This document shows positions 36,572-45,975 of a stretch of DNA of 64,000 bases, one piece after another; within the stretch, counting starts at the first letter, position 1; every line of letters starts with the position of its first letter. This DNA is from a virus (lineage: Duplodnaviria; Caudoviricetes). Under the pieces are notes generated by a model that saw only the letters and a list, made by a program, of their open reading frames with translations, was not told the DNA's origin and ran no database searches. The DNA lies in the IMG/VR virus record IMGVR_UViG_3300032295_003840, positions 64,001 through 128,000 of that record, one strand, 5' to 3'. Position numbers and translations under genes: made by a program.

Positions 36572-39500
36572 GGGCAATGATCCTCAAACTACGGAATGAA
36601 GGATAACGCGCTCCATTGGTGGTCTTCAGCACAATCTTGACCTGGAACGAAGTAAAGGGCGGCAAATCGCGAGGATTACCTCCGACATCAAAGTCAGTGA
36701 TATCGATCTGTATCTCACTGTAGACACCACGTTGTTCTTCTTTGTTGAAGTTTGGCAACGGAGTGAATTCAACCCAGGGCTTGTTCTTAAATTCTTCACC
36801 GGGCGAACCAATCTTATAATATACATCGATGTCAGCTGCACTGGGTATGTTGGCATCCAGCAGCATCTTGATGCTGGTTGCTGGGTTCTCCAGATTGATT
36901 TTCTTGGTAATATATTTGCTGATCGCCGTTGCACCACCAAAGGAACGCTCATCGACAAATTCACGCACAGTGTAGATGTCAATGCTGTCACCTGCGCCAA
37001 TGCTGGTCAAGTTGGCATCCACAAAGATTGTGGATCCATCTTCACTGACGTCTTTGACACGCACACCAGTGCTGGTGCTGTTGTTGCCTGCTATGCTGCT
37101 GCCCGACACTATAATAAAGGTTCCGGGTGCAACATTGTTAAACAACTCTTGTGTTGTAGACACAATGGCTTCATTGACACCATCAAAGGATATGGTTGTG
37201 TCATTGAGAACAATTTCTTCATAGTCCACAAACTGTGTTGAACCAGTGAACGGTGTACCAATGGCTGGCAATATGGTTGGCATGCGATTGGCACGTGTGG
37301 GCGAATCAATGCGCCACTGCCAGGTACGAACACTGAGGTTGCTGAGATCAATCAATGGACTGATCGCATCGTTGTTGCTGGTCAGAGTAAATGTACCAAC
37401 AAAACTTTCTTTCCAGGTTGTGGCACCTGTACCACCGCCAATGGTGGCACCGGCAGCACGAGCATATTCATTGGGCTGGCTCAACACAATCTTGGGGTCG
37501 TTCATGAAGTTAGTAGTACTGAAGTCCAACTTCTGACTGGTGCGTGTATAAACCTGACCTGAATTTCCAGGCAGGCTGCTGTCATAGGTAAAGCCTCCGG
37601 TCTGATCTGCTTCGAAGGTCAGACTTGTTTCCTGGAAATTCAGCACCTTGCTGGCCGGTGTGGCGACATGATATAGCTGGTTATAGGTGGCTATTACATC
37701 GCTGCCGCCTCCCATAACTGCACTCACACCAGTGGTGGCCTGCGGTCCCAGATTGGCTGGAGTAGTTACCTGCACAACATAGTAATCATGGCCAATGGTG
37801 TCATTGACACTGACTGTCAGCGGAGTATCGGTTTCCAGAACAATGTCCTGAGTGCTGACATCGGTACCAAAAATTTCTCCTACAGGTATGCCATTCATTG
37901 TAATGGAACTGTTGGCTGAATACTGCTGATACCAGTACTTGCTGGCCAGTCGCACTTTATCGCCTGGAGCATGACCATGATTAAGCTGACGAATGCGGAT
38001 CTTGTTGCTGCCATGCACAAACATCATGGGATCATCGGACAGAGGTTCGCCTGGCAATACCTTGTTCACCACCTTAACAACACCAGTGTTGTTGAAGTTG
38101 AATACTGCGCGGTTCATGACAAACTTCATGTCAGTGAGCTGGTCCTCGGTCCACAGAGTTCCATCCTGTGATTTAAAGAAGCTGCCCAGCGTTGCCTGAC
38201 GGTTATAAGTTCTGGTCGGTGATGTGCTGAGATCGGCCTGACCCAGTGTGGCTGTCCATACCCGATACTTTGACGTATCTGATCTCAAGATGAACGCATA
38301 GTTCTTGTTGGGCAACAGGTAAATAGGATTCCTAAAGGTAAACTTGGTTGGTGTTCTGCCTGTGGTGGCATCAACAAGAATCTCACTGGGGAATTTAATT
38401 ATTTCTGATCCAGGTATGAGCTCACCAGAACCGTCGGGACGTCCAGTTGCATCGCAGGGACGCATCTCCATGGTTACTGGTGCAGTTTCATTGGTGGGTT
38501 TTGAATGGAAGAACACATCAATGTCAGTAATGAATGCACCGTTGGTGAACTGATCTGGTAACTTGAAGCTTTGTGCAATGGGGTCATAGGGACGCACACT
38601 AAAGCTACGTTGTGTGGTATAGGTTCTCTGGATGGTTATCTCAATACCACGTGTAGTATAGGTAGCATCAGCACGACTATTCCATTCATCGGGATCGTTT
38701 TCTGGACTGTCTGTAATGATGATCTTCTTCTCACCAGACAAGAACTTCACCAGATCGCTGTTGGGCAAATCAAAGGTAGCGCAGATAACACCGTCGGCGT
38801 CACTGTACAGGTTGCCCTGATCGTCGCTGGTCTGCATTTGCGACAAGAACGATGTGCTGGCCAGATTCTTGGGATCGTTCTGGTCCACTGCCACGTAGAA
38901 TACGCCAGGATAGGCATAGCTACGATCATTGTTGACCAAGGGTCTGCCCAACATGAATCCGCGACTCATGGTGCCATGGCAGTTTACACAGTACAATGTA
39001 GTGTTCTTCTGATATACAGCTACACCGCTGCCCTGATAGGCACCACTGGCATAATGATAAATTGATCTACCAGTTTCAAAGGCCTTGCGATAGGCCGCGC
39101 CGCGAGCAGACTGTGGCAGACGCAGCTCTTCCTGCTTGGGCACAATGGTTCTACGAACATACTGATACAGCTGTTGAGCGACCAGACTACTGCCCTTGCC
39201 TTTGCCGTTTCTTTGTCTGACGTAGATAATCTTCCAGGGCTCATTGACAAAGCGACTCTCATACAGTGTACGCCACTTGGCCCACTGGTTACGGTCTGCC
39301 AAGGGCACTGTGAAGTTCAGATTGGGTACAGAGTCAAAGGTGAATCGCATGGCACCCTGTACGTAGTCTCCCACAAACTCATCGTCAAAATACACATAGT
39401 GTTTGGTGTTGGGCAGCAAACCACGCGCCACCATCAATATGGTGTTGGCGCGGCAGAATGGATTGACTCGGGAAGAAACTTCCTGATTCAATACCAATGG

Positions 39501-42500
39501 GATACTTCGTACTTCTACCTGTATAGGACGTCGTTCTCCAGTGGCTCGTAGTCTGGCTACTGCAGCATTGACATCGGCCTGTGTAAAGTTCTGACTGTCT
39601 GCAGTCGCCACAGTTTTGTCAATGGTTGTTGTTGATTCCCAGATGTCACTGTCTGGTGACAGAGTCAGTTTGCCCAGGAAGTTGGCGTCCAGGAACGGCG
39701 CCACACTGATCGATGTAGTGGCCATGGTCTGCTGCAGAATCACGCTGGTAGTATAATTCAGCGTAATGGCGTCGCCTGTGATTCTATAATTGTCCAGGGC
39801 ACGCGCAGCAATCACTGGATCCTGTTCCAAGCCGCTGACCACGGCACCACTGAAGTTAATCTTTTCTACAAGATCAAAATCGCGCAGAGCCACAGCAGGA
39901 TTCAGTGTCTTGGAAACAGTTTCATTGCTGAAATTTGAATCGCTTTCAAGTTCACAACCGCTGTTGTCTACAAAATTATCAACAAAGAAACCAGTCTTGT
40001 AGCGTTCCAGAGTAGGATCGGCATTGTCACGAATCTGCAGGTTCTTGGTATTGGTTTCCAGCAGACTCAGCGACCCAATTTCTTCCAGAGCAGTAATACG
40101 TTTGTCCATGCCACCGATGTCGGCCATGGTGTAGCGACGATATTCTTTTCGGCTCTGTGTCACGAAAGGTGCTTCACTGCCACGTGTATAGGGTTCCAGC
40201 GTCAGCGAATACATGTGCAGACTGGTGCTGTCCTGAGCAATTTCTGGATCACGTGGCGATGTAGACGGTGCCGATGGAATGTTGTAGAAACGTGCTCGGC
40301 GATCCAGCATGATGACTTCTTTGCGACCCAGATAGTAGCTTAGGTCAGTCTGGAAGTTGCTGTCAAACCGCGGAGGATTGTTGCCTATCAGCAGATTGCT
40401 ATCGCCGTCAATTCTGGCACGGAAGTCCAGGAAGTCATTGAGGCTAAGTCCGCGATAGTCTGGTGTCTGCTCATAGGGAACCTGCAGACGGTTATAACTT
40501 TGTGCTGAGAAGAAGTCTCCCAGACCATGTTCAAAATAGTCGTACCAGACCTTGATGCTGCCAATGGGCACGGCCTGGCCAGGAAGAATTCTTAATTTTC
40601 CTAGATCATACATGTTGGGACGCTGACCGTCATCCAGGGTATACTTGGCAGTTACATCCAGCGCCGAGGCCTGCACTGCTTCGGTCCAGGTGGTTACAAA
40701 GCTAGTAGACATCAGTATTTTGTTCACACGATAGATGTCTGAATTGCTCAGAGTCAGGACACTCAGAGTAGCTTCTGAACTACCCAGATAGGTGTCTGTG
40801 GCATCGAAGGTCAGAGTCTTGGATTTAACGCCGCCCAGCACCGATGCACTGACCGCAGTACGCAGCACAGGATAGATTACACGAACTCGATCGCTCTGGA
40901 AGGGCTGATCCACAATCAGCTGATATTCAACGTCGCTGTTGCCAGGTACAACATCGATTACAGTAGCTGGTCGCTGCAGATTACCAACAGCGTCTTCGGC
41001 TACTATGAAGGAACTGGGCTGCAGGCTGGCCAGCTGTTCTGTGTTCAGTGTACCGCTGGCACCTGCCAGGGTAATGGTTACGCCGGTCTGGCTAATAACA
41101 CCATCGACCTGCTGAGTTTGATAGACATAGTAACTGTTGTCTGTCATGTTGTTCAGAGCATCGGCAACCTTGAACAGCAGACTATTGTTCTCGGTTTCAT
41201 AGAAACCATTGGTAATTTTTAGCAAGGGGAACTGTGCAGTGGTGCCAGTAATGCTTTCATCCATGCTGATACCGAACGCTACACTGTTGCTGCTAATGTG
41301 TGTAATGAAGATGCGTTTGTCGTTGATTTTAACCAGATCGTTTTCACGCAGTTCCTGGGTAAATTTAGCAGTGCTGTCACCAACAATGCGCAGTGCGGTG
41401 TGTACTGCGGCTGTGCCAGTACTGCCATTGTAGTCCAGCAACTGATACTGGCCTGACAGACGACGTGCATTGATGCCCAGAGCAAAACTGTCAAACACCT
41501 CGGTGGCAAAGCTGGCAGCCACACCAGTATACCAGGTACCATAGGGCGATGAAATGGTAACACTGGTGCTGGCATTGATCAATGACAGGCTGGTATAGGC
41601 AGTCAGGCTAGTAGTGGCAAACTCCACATTCATGCGATTTTCATTGATGGCTCGACGCTGTCTGGTGGCATAGCTTTGGTTGGCTGTACCCAGATAGATG
41701 ACCTGGTTGTCCAGAGTCTCGGTCTGGAATCTGGTGGACGTGCCAGTGCCAATGCCAAACACCGTACCCTGATTTACACGCACATAGGCGCTGGTCGATG
41801 CATCGGCCGGTGTGCCGCCTGCCTGTGGTACAGGATTGGCGCCAGTGCCACGCAACAGAACCACTATACCCGAACCTGCACTAATTACTGGTATATTACC
41901 GCCTACCAATGTAAGACCCTGACCATCAACACCCCAGGCTACCACCATGTAGGAACTTAGATTGCCTGCTTCGGCATAGCCACCATTGGCTGATTGATAT
42001 CTAAATGGTTGAATACGCAGGTTTTGGAACTGAGAAGCGTCACGGTAATTATATCCGCCCTCGGGTGGATGTGGATCGGTTTCTCTGAAATACGGAGCAC
42101 CACCAAAAGTACCTGCCAGGTTGGTGTTGCCAGCTGCGCTCCAGGGAATACCTGTGAGTGCATCGCAGAAGGCAACAACGCTGCCAATGCTGAGCTGCGA
42201 GCTAAAACCACCCCAGCCAGCGGCCCCAGTTGGAGCAGTAACATTGAAATAAACCGAGTTATTGCTGACAGTACCTGCGCCAATGGTAAGACCACTCAGA
42301 GCTCGGTTGGTCAGCAAACCTGTTGTGTTCAGTGAGCGCAGTACACCTGTGGTGCTGCCCACATAGGTACTCCAACCTGTGGAAACATAGCGATTGAACA
42401 CTGGGCCACCAATTACAGTCAGTGCAGTATTGCTGAGGATGCGTGAAACTGTCCAGCTACTTGTTACAGCGTTGCTGCTGCTGGCAATGGTAATGGTTTC

Positions 42501-44489
42501 GCCAACCAGTAACTCTCTGGTGAACGCTGTGTTTACACCGCGTACTGTGAGATTAGAGCTGGCATAGGTACGCGAAGTTGCGCCTGTGCTGGCCTGATAA
42601 TATGCACCAATGCCTGAATAAAAATTTCCATAGCCAACATAGGCCAGACCAGTTGTGCTGCTGTTGCCAAAACTTTGCCATAGTGCGTTGCGATTGCCAC
42701 CCTGACCAAAGTACAGAGTTGTACCAGGATTGCCAAAGCCATTGAGCAGATTTTCGGGGTCAAGACTTGGACTTAGATTGGGAATGAACTGTACAGCACC
42801 GCTGAGCTGAACATAGCTGCTGCCACCGCTGTCAGGACCAACATAGCGCATACCGCCAGTATGTTCGTAGCTTTTGGTTAGCACCGAACCTGCAGGATCA
42901 GGCACCAGAACCAGGTTGACGTCACGCTCGAAACTCTTGTTGCTGTTCATTACAATGTCGCTGAAACCAATCTTCAATGCACCCTGCGTGCCACCATCGA
43001 TGTAGATGATGCGTCCAGTACCCACCTTGTTGCCGTAGCCAATGGGTATAGTAGTGTCGCCAATGATGCGATCATAGAATTCTACAATGGGACCGGCGCT
43101 GACATTGGGCAGACCCAGAGTCTGTTGTGGGTCAAAGTAGGCATAGTTGCCAATGTTGGTGGCAATGGCCCGATTATTTTCAGCGCGTGTGTCGCGTGAT
43201 TTGTCGATACGCAACGCTGTGCTGTTGAGTTTATCAATCTTGAAACCCTGAATATAGGCACGTCCTGCACCAAAGGTCAGCACCAGCTGACTGCTGTTGC
43301 CCAGCGTGGTTACACTGGTGCCGACGTCGTAGTAGCCCTGGTTGCCCGCGGGGCGAGCAATGTAACGCCAGCGCACCGAACCATCGCTTAAACTCTGAGT
43401 TTCATTGTAGGTGGCAAACTCTGTGGGTTCGGTACCGTTGCCCGAGATGCCGGACTGAATGCAGACAAAATAACGTGTGGTGGATGCGTTAACGCGAACA
43501 TAATCACCTACCTGATACTCAGTGTTGGCCAGCCAGGTGCCGCGATTGTTGCTGCGGCTTTCACGTATGTCAAAGTCAAAGTTACGAACTACATAGTTAC
43601 CGCTTTCATCGAAGGTTCGTTCGGCCAGAGCTTCTTCCAGAATATTGTATTGCGATCCATTGATGAGCTGCTGCACTTCGCCGCTTTCGATGCGAATAAG
43701 TTCAAAGAAGTTTTCAGCGGCTTCTTCTAATCCAAGCTTGATAAAATCTGTGCTAATTTTATAGCGATCTGCACCCGGTGCAGCAACGTTGCTGGTACCT
43801 GCAGCATTATCCAGCAGACTAATATCTTCCTGATAGGTGGCAATTGATTCGGTATACTGAATACCAATTCGGCAATTGATGTTGGCTATGGCACTGACGT
43901 ATTTTTCTACAACCACCACAGTCTTGGGCACTGTGACAAAATAGCCGCCCAGATAGTACACACCGGCCTGCTGTGCTGCTATGGCGCTGCGTCCAGTGAC
44001 ATTATCGCCGCCCTGCACTGTCATGGTATAGTTGTTGTTGCCCTTGACATACAGTGTAGCATTGGCAGCAAATGTTTTTTCGTTGTTGCCAAAGTCGTCC
44101 TGATTGCCGCGTGTGTAGAGAATAACCAGTGTAATGGGATCGCCCGTGGCCGTGGCAGCGACGGCCTTGAGCACCGTGGCTTCGACTCCGCTGTCGCCAG
44201 TACTGTTGGTAATGACCTGATCTTCCAACCAGGTCAGATCCTCACCCAGCAGGTTGGTGCTGGCCAGCTTGACAAAACTTACTTTGTCATTGTAGTTGAC
44301 CTGACCAGGGATGACCATGCTGCCATCTTTGAATACGTGATTACCAAATTTGGTGACCTGATTCTGCAGTATGGTCTGCAGCTGGTTAAGCTCACGAGTC
44401 TGAACAGCTACACCGGGCTTGAACAGCACCTTGTAGTACTGTTTGTCCTCGTCAAAGTCGTCAAAATACGGTGCCTGATTGAAATTCAT
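36564..44489 (-). CDS. VrlC-like/DUF4815 large virion structural protein
   Basis: N..PYFDDFD..K.YYKVLF.PG.AVQ.REL.QLQ.ILQ.Q N-terminus; RTFDESG.Y, RYTM.DIG, K.GF.VDNF, DPIAQSF, GS.FKSQ and LR.IA C-terminus. Confidence 0.9.
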   Translation of the reverse strand: MNFNQAPYFDDFDEDKQYYKVLFKPGVAVQTRELNQLQTILQNQVTKFGNHVFKDGSMVIPGQVNYNDKVSFVKLASTNLLGEDLTWLEDQVITNSTGDSGVEATVLKAVAATATGDPITLVILYTRGNQDDFGNNEKTFAANATLYVKGNNNYTMTVQGGDNVTGRSAIAAQQAGVYYLGGYFVTVPKTVVVVEKYVSAIANINCRIGIQYTESIATYQEDISLLDNAAGTSNVAAPGADRYKISTDFIKLGLEEAAENFFELIRIESGEVQQLINGSQYNILEEALAERTFDESGNYVVRNFDFDIRESRSNNRGTWLANTEYQVGDYVRVNASTTRYFVCIQSGISGNGTEPTEFATYNETQSLSDGSVRWRYIARPAGNQGYYDVGTSVTTLGNSSQLVLTFGAGRAYIQGFKIDKLNSTALRIDKSRDTRAENNRAIATNIGNYAYFDPQQTLGLPNVSAGPIVEFYDRIIGDTTIPIGYGNKVGTGRIIYIDGGTQGALKIGFSDIVMNSNKSFERDVNLVLVPDPAGSVLTKSYEHTGGMRYVGPDSGGSSYVQLSGAVQFIPNLSPSLDPENLLNGFGNPGTTLYFGQGGNRNALWQSFGNSSTTGLAYVGYGNFYSGIGAYYQASTGATSRTYASSNLTVRGVNTAFTRELLVGETITIASSSNAVTSSWTVSRILSNTALTVIGGPVFNRYVSTGWSTYVGSTTGVLRSLNTTGLLTNRALSGLTIGAGTVSNNSVYFNVTAPTGAAGWGGFSSQLSIGSVVAFCDALTGIPWSAAGNTNLAGTFGGAPYFRETDPHPPEGGYNYRDASQFQNLRIQPFRYQSANGGYAEAGNLSSYMVVAWGVDGQGLTLVGGNIPVISAGSGIVVLLRGTGANPVPQAGGTPADASTSAYVRVNQGTVFGIGTGTSTRFQTETLDNQVIYLGTANQSYATRQRRAINENRMNVEFATTSLTAYTSLSLINASTSVTISSPYGTWYTGVAASFATEVFDSFALGINARRLSGQYQLLDYNGSTGTAAVHTALRIVGDSTAKFTQELRENDLVKINDKRIFITHISSNSVAFGISMDESITGTTAQFPLLKITNGFYETENNSLLFKVADALNNMTDNSYYVYQTQQVDGVISQTGVTITLAGASGTLNTEQLASLQPSSFIVAEDAVGNLQRPATVIDVVPGNSDVEYQLIVDQPFQSDRVRVIYPVLRTAVSASVLGGVKSKTLTFDATDTYLGSSEATLSVLTLSNSDIYRVNKILMSTSFVTTWTEAVQASALDVTAKYTLDDGQRPNMYDLGKLRILPGQAVPIGSIKVWYDYFEHGLGDFFSAQSYNRLQVPYEQTPDYRGLSLNDFLDFRARIDGDSNLLIGNNPPRFDSNFQTDLSYYLGRKEVIMLDRRARFYNIPSAPSTSPRDPEIAQDSTSLHMYSLTLEPYTRGSEAPFVTQSRKEYRRYTMADIGGMDKRITALEEIGSLSLLETNTKNLQIRDNADPTLERYKTGFFVDNFVDNSGCELESDSNFSNETVSKTLNPAVALRDFDLVEKINFSGAVVSGLEQDPVIAARALDNYRITGDAITLNYTTSVILQQTMATTSISVAPFLDANFLGKLTLSPDSDIWESTTTIDKTVATADSQNFTQADVNAAVARLRATGERRPIQVEVRSIPLVLNQEVSSRVNPFCRANTILMVARGLLPNTKHYVYFDDEFVGDYVQGAMRFTFDSVPNLNFTVPLADRNQWAKWRTLYESRFVNEPWKIIYVRQRNGKGKGSSLVAQQLYQYVRRTIVPKQEELRLPQSARGAAYRKAFETGRSIYHYASGAYQGSGVAVYQKNTTLYCVNCHGTMSRGFMLGRPLVNNDRSYAYPGVFYVAVDQNDPKNLASTSFLSQMQTSDDQGNLYSDADGVICATFDLPNSDLVKFLSGEKKIIITDSPENDPDEWNSRADATYTTRGIEITIQRTYTTQRSFSVRPYDPIAQSFKLPDQFTNGAFITDIDVFFHSKPTNETAPVTMEMRPCDATGRPDGSGELIPGSEIIKFPSEILVDATTGRTPTKFTFRNPIYLLPNKNYAFILRSDTSKYRVWTATLGQADLSTSPTRTYNRQATLGSFFKSQDGTLWTEDQLTDMKFVMNRAVFNFNNTGVVKVVNKVLPGEPLSDDPMMFVHGSNKIRIRQLNHGHAPGDKVRLASKYWYQQYSANSSITMNGIPVGEIFGTDVSTQDIVLETDTPLTVSVNDTIGHDYYVVQVTTPANLGPQATTGVSAVMGGGSDVIATYNQLYHVATPASKVLNFQETSLTFEADQTGGFTYDSSLPGNSGQVYTRTSQKLDFSTTNFMNDPKIVLSQPNEYARAAGATIGGGTGATTWKESFVGTFTLTSNNDAISPLIDLSNLSVRTWQWRIDSPTRANRMPTILPAIGTPFTGSTQFVDYEEIVLNDTTISFDGVNEAIVSTTQELFNNVAPGTFIIVSGSSIAGNNSTSTGVRVKDVSEDGSTIFVDANLTSIGAGDSIDIYTVREFVDERSFGGATAISKYITKKINLENPATSIKMLLDANIPSAADIDVYYKIGSPGEEFKNKPWVEFTPLPNFNKEEQRGVYSEIQIDITDFDVGGNPRDLPPFTSFQVKIVLKTTNGARYPSFRSLRIIAHA

Positions 44490-44505
44490 TTTTTACCTTT
44501 GAGTC

Positions 44506-45939
44506 TTAGAAATTAACTACAATATTTATTTTCTCGTTTTGATTCAAATTGCGTGTAACCGGAGCACGATAATCCAGATACAATAATTCACCGCTGTAGT
44601 GCTGCAGCTCAGGTGCAACACTGGTAATGCTGCTGACTGCTTCGCTGTAGCCTGTGCCAGCAATGACGTCACCAGCAGCGATTTGTTTTAGACGCAGAGT
44701 ATTTGATGTATCAATGCGACTCAGTTCTGTTGCAGAAACAACGCTGGTATCGCTGGCCACGGGCTGAATAAACTGCAGTCTGGTGGTGCTGGCGCTTTGG
44801 AATACTGCCAGCACTGACGCACCCGCGGTGTTGCTTAGCAAGATGTCGTTGGTGGGCGCTGTAGTAGCAGTGCTGGTCATGACCAGGGTTCGTGCAACAC
44901 GCACAGTATCTGCCACGGCAACTGTGGTGGTGGTATAGGCGGCTGACAATGTCTGATACACCAGAGGATTTTTAATCAGAGCCACGGTGCGGAAATCCTG
45001 ATTTACTGGAACGTCTTCGCCCTGATAGGCCTGTACACTGCCAACAATCATGACATTGTGCGCATTGCATTCTGAAACTAGGTTGCTGGCATGGCCACCG
45101 GTGGGTGCAATAATGGCTACGGCACTGGCCTGAGACACCACTGACGCTGCGCTGAATTGAATCTTGGCCCAGGTATAACCCGATCCTGGATCCAGTATGG
45201 TGACACCTGCAATGGCACCAGCACTGGTCACTGCCACAGCCTGGGCACCAGACCCATCGCCATAGATGACCACGGTTGGATTGCTGCTGTAGCTACCACC
45301 CCCGGTGACCAGTATGACATCCAGACCCAGTCGATTGCTGACCGAACTAACAGTGCTGGGCACTGGTATGTAGTTGGCTGTAACAAAGTCTGCGTCGCCT
45401 GCAGTAATGGTGTACATGTATTTCCAGATATAGCCATCGGCCGTGGTCTGGGGTGCAAAGCTGGTCGACGTTGGCGCAACGGTGCTGAGAACGCCTGTGG
45501 TAAAGGTGGCATTGGCACCATTGTACAGACACTTGTAGACCGAACTGTTGCTGGTAACATAGACAATCATGTTGCTTTCGCTTAGATTGAATTTACCCGT
45601 GGCAGTTGATTGGGCTGTGCTGATGTCATGCCGATACATGTCATAGCGCGTGCCACTGATCCAGTTGTTTCTGGCTGTGCAGAGTCGAACATCGCCGGCG
45701 GTTACCCGCACTGCTGCCATGGCATCGCGCCATAGATTGTGTTCATTGATGTAGTTGTCTGTGGGCGTCGGAGGCTGCACATCGCTGGTGACTTGTCCGC
45801 TCTGAGCTGTGAAGTTTGCGCTCAGTGTATTATTCCAGCTCTGCGGGCGTGCCAGCATCATGTAGATGCTGTCTATGGCAAATCTGGTGGCGAAACCGCT
45901 GGCAGCGGCTACGCGAAATTTGCTGGTTACTATGGCCAT
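44506..45939 (-). CDS. gp8: Baseplate wedge subunit
   Basis: AIVT.KFR, R.NW.SG..YDMY, VYKCL.N, DGYIWKYMYTI and SGE.LY.D.R..VTR...Q.E motifs. Confidence 0.93.
   Translation of the reverse strand: MAIVTSKFRVAAASGFATRFAIDSIYMMLARPQSWNNTLSANFTAQSGQVTSDVQPPTPTDNYINEHNLWRDAMAAVRVTAGDVRLCTARNNWISGTRYDMYRHDISTAQSTATGKFNLSESNMIVYVTSNSSVYKCLYNGANATFTTGVLSTVAPTSTSFAPQTTADGYIWKYMYTITAGDADFVTANYIPVPSTVSSVSNRLGLDVILVTGGGSYSSNPTVVIYGDGSGAQAVAVTSAGAIAGVTILDPGSGYTWAKIQFSAASVVSQASAVAIIAPTGGHASNLVSECNAHNVMIVGSVQAYQGEDVPVNQDFRTVALIKNPLVYQTLSAAYTTTTVAVADTVRVARTLVMTSTATTAPTNDILLSNTAGASVLAVFQSASTTRLQFIQPVASDTSVVSATELSRIDTSNTLRLKQIAAGDVIAGTGYSEAVSSITSVAPELQHYSGELLYLDYRAPVTRNLNQNEKINIVVNF
44523..44530 (-). promoter_or_regulatory. 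Late promoter for the VrlC-like gene
   Basis: AATAAATA 34 bp before the ATG at 44489. Confidence 0.6.
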
Positions 45940-45964
45940 GTTGAATCCTTGAATTGTACTAGTT

Positions 45965-45972
45965 TATTTATC
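45965..45972 (-). promoter_or_regulatory. Late promoter for gp8
   Basis: GATAAATA in the intergenic gap. Confidence 0.75.
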
Positions 45973-45975
45973 GGT

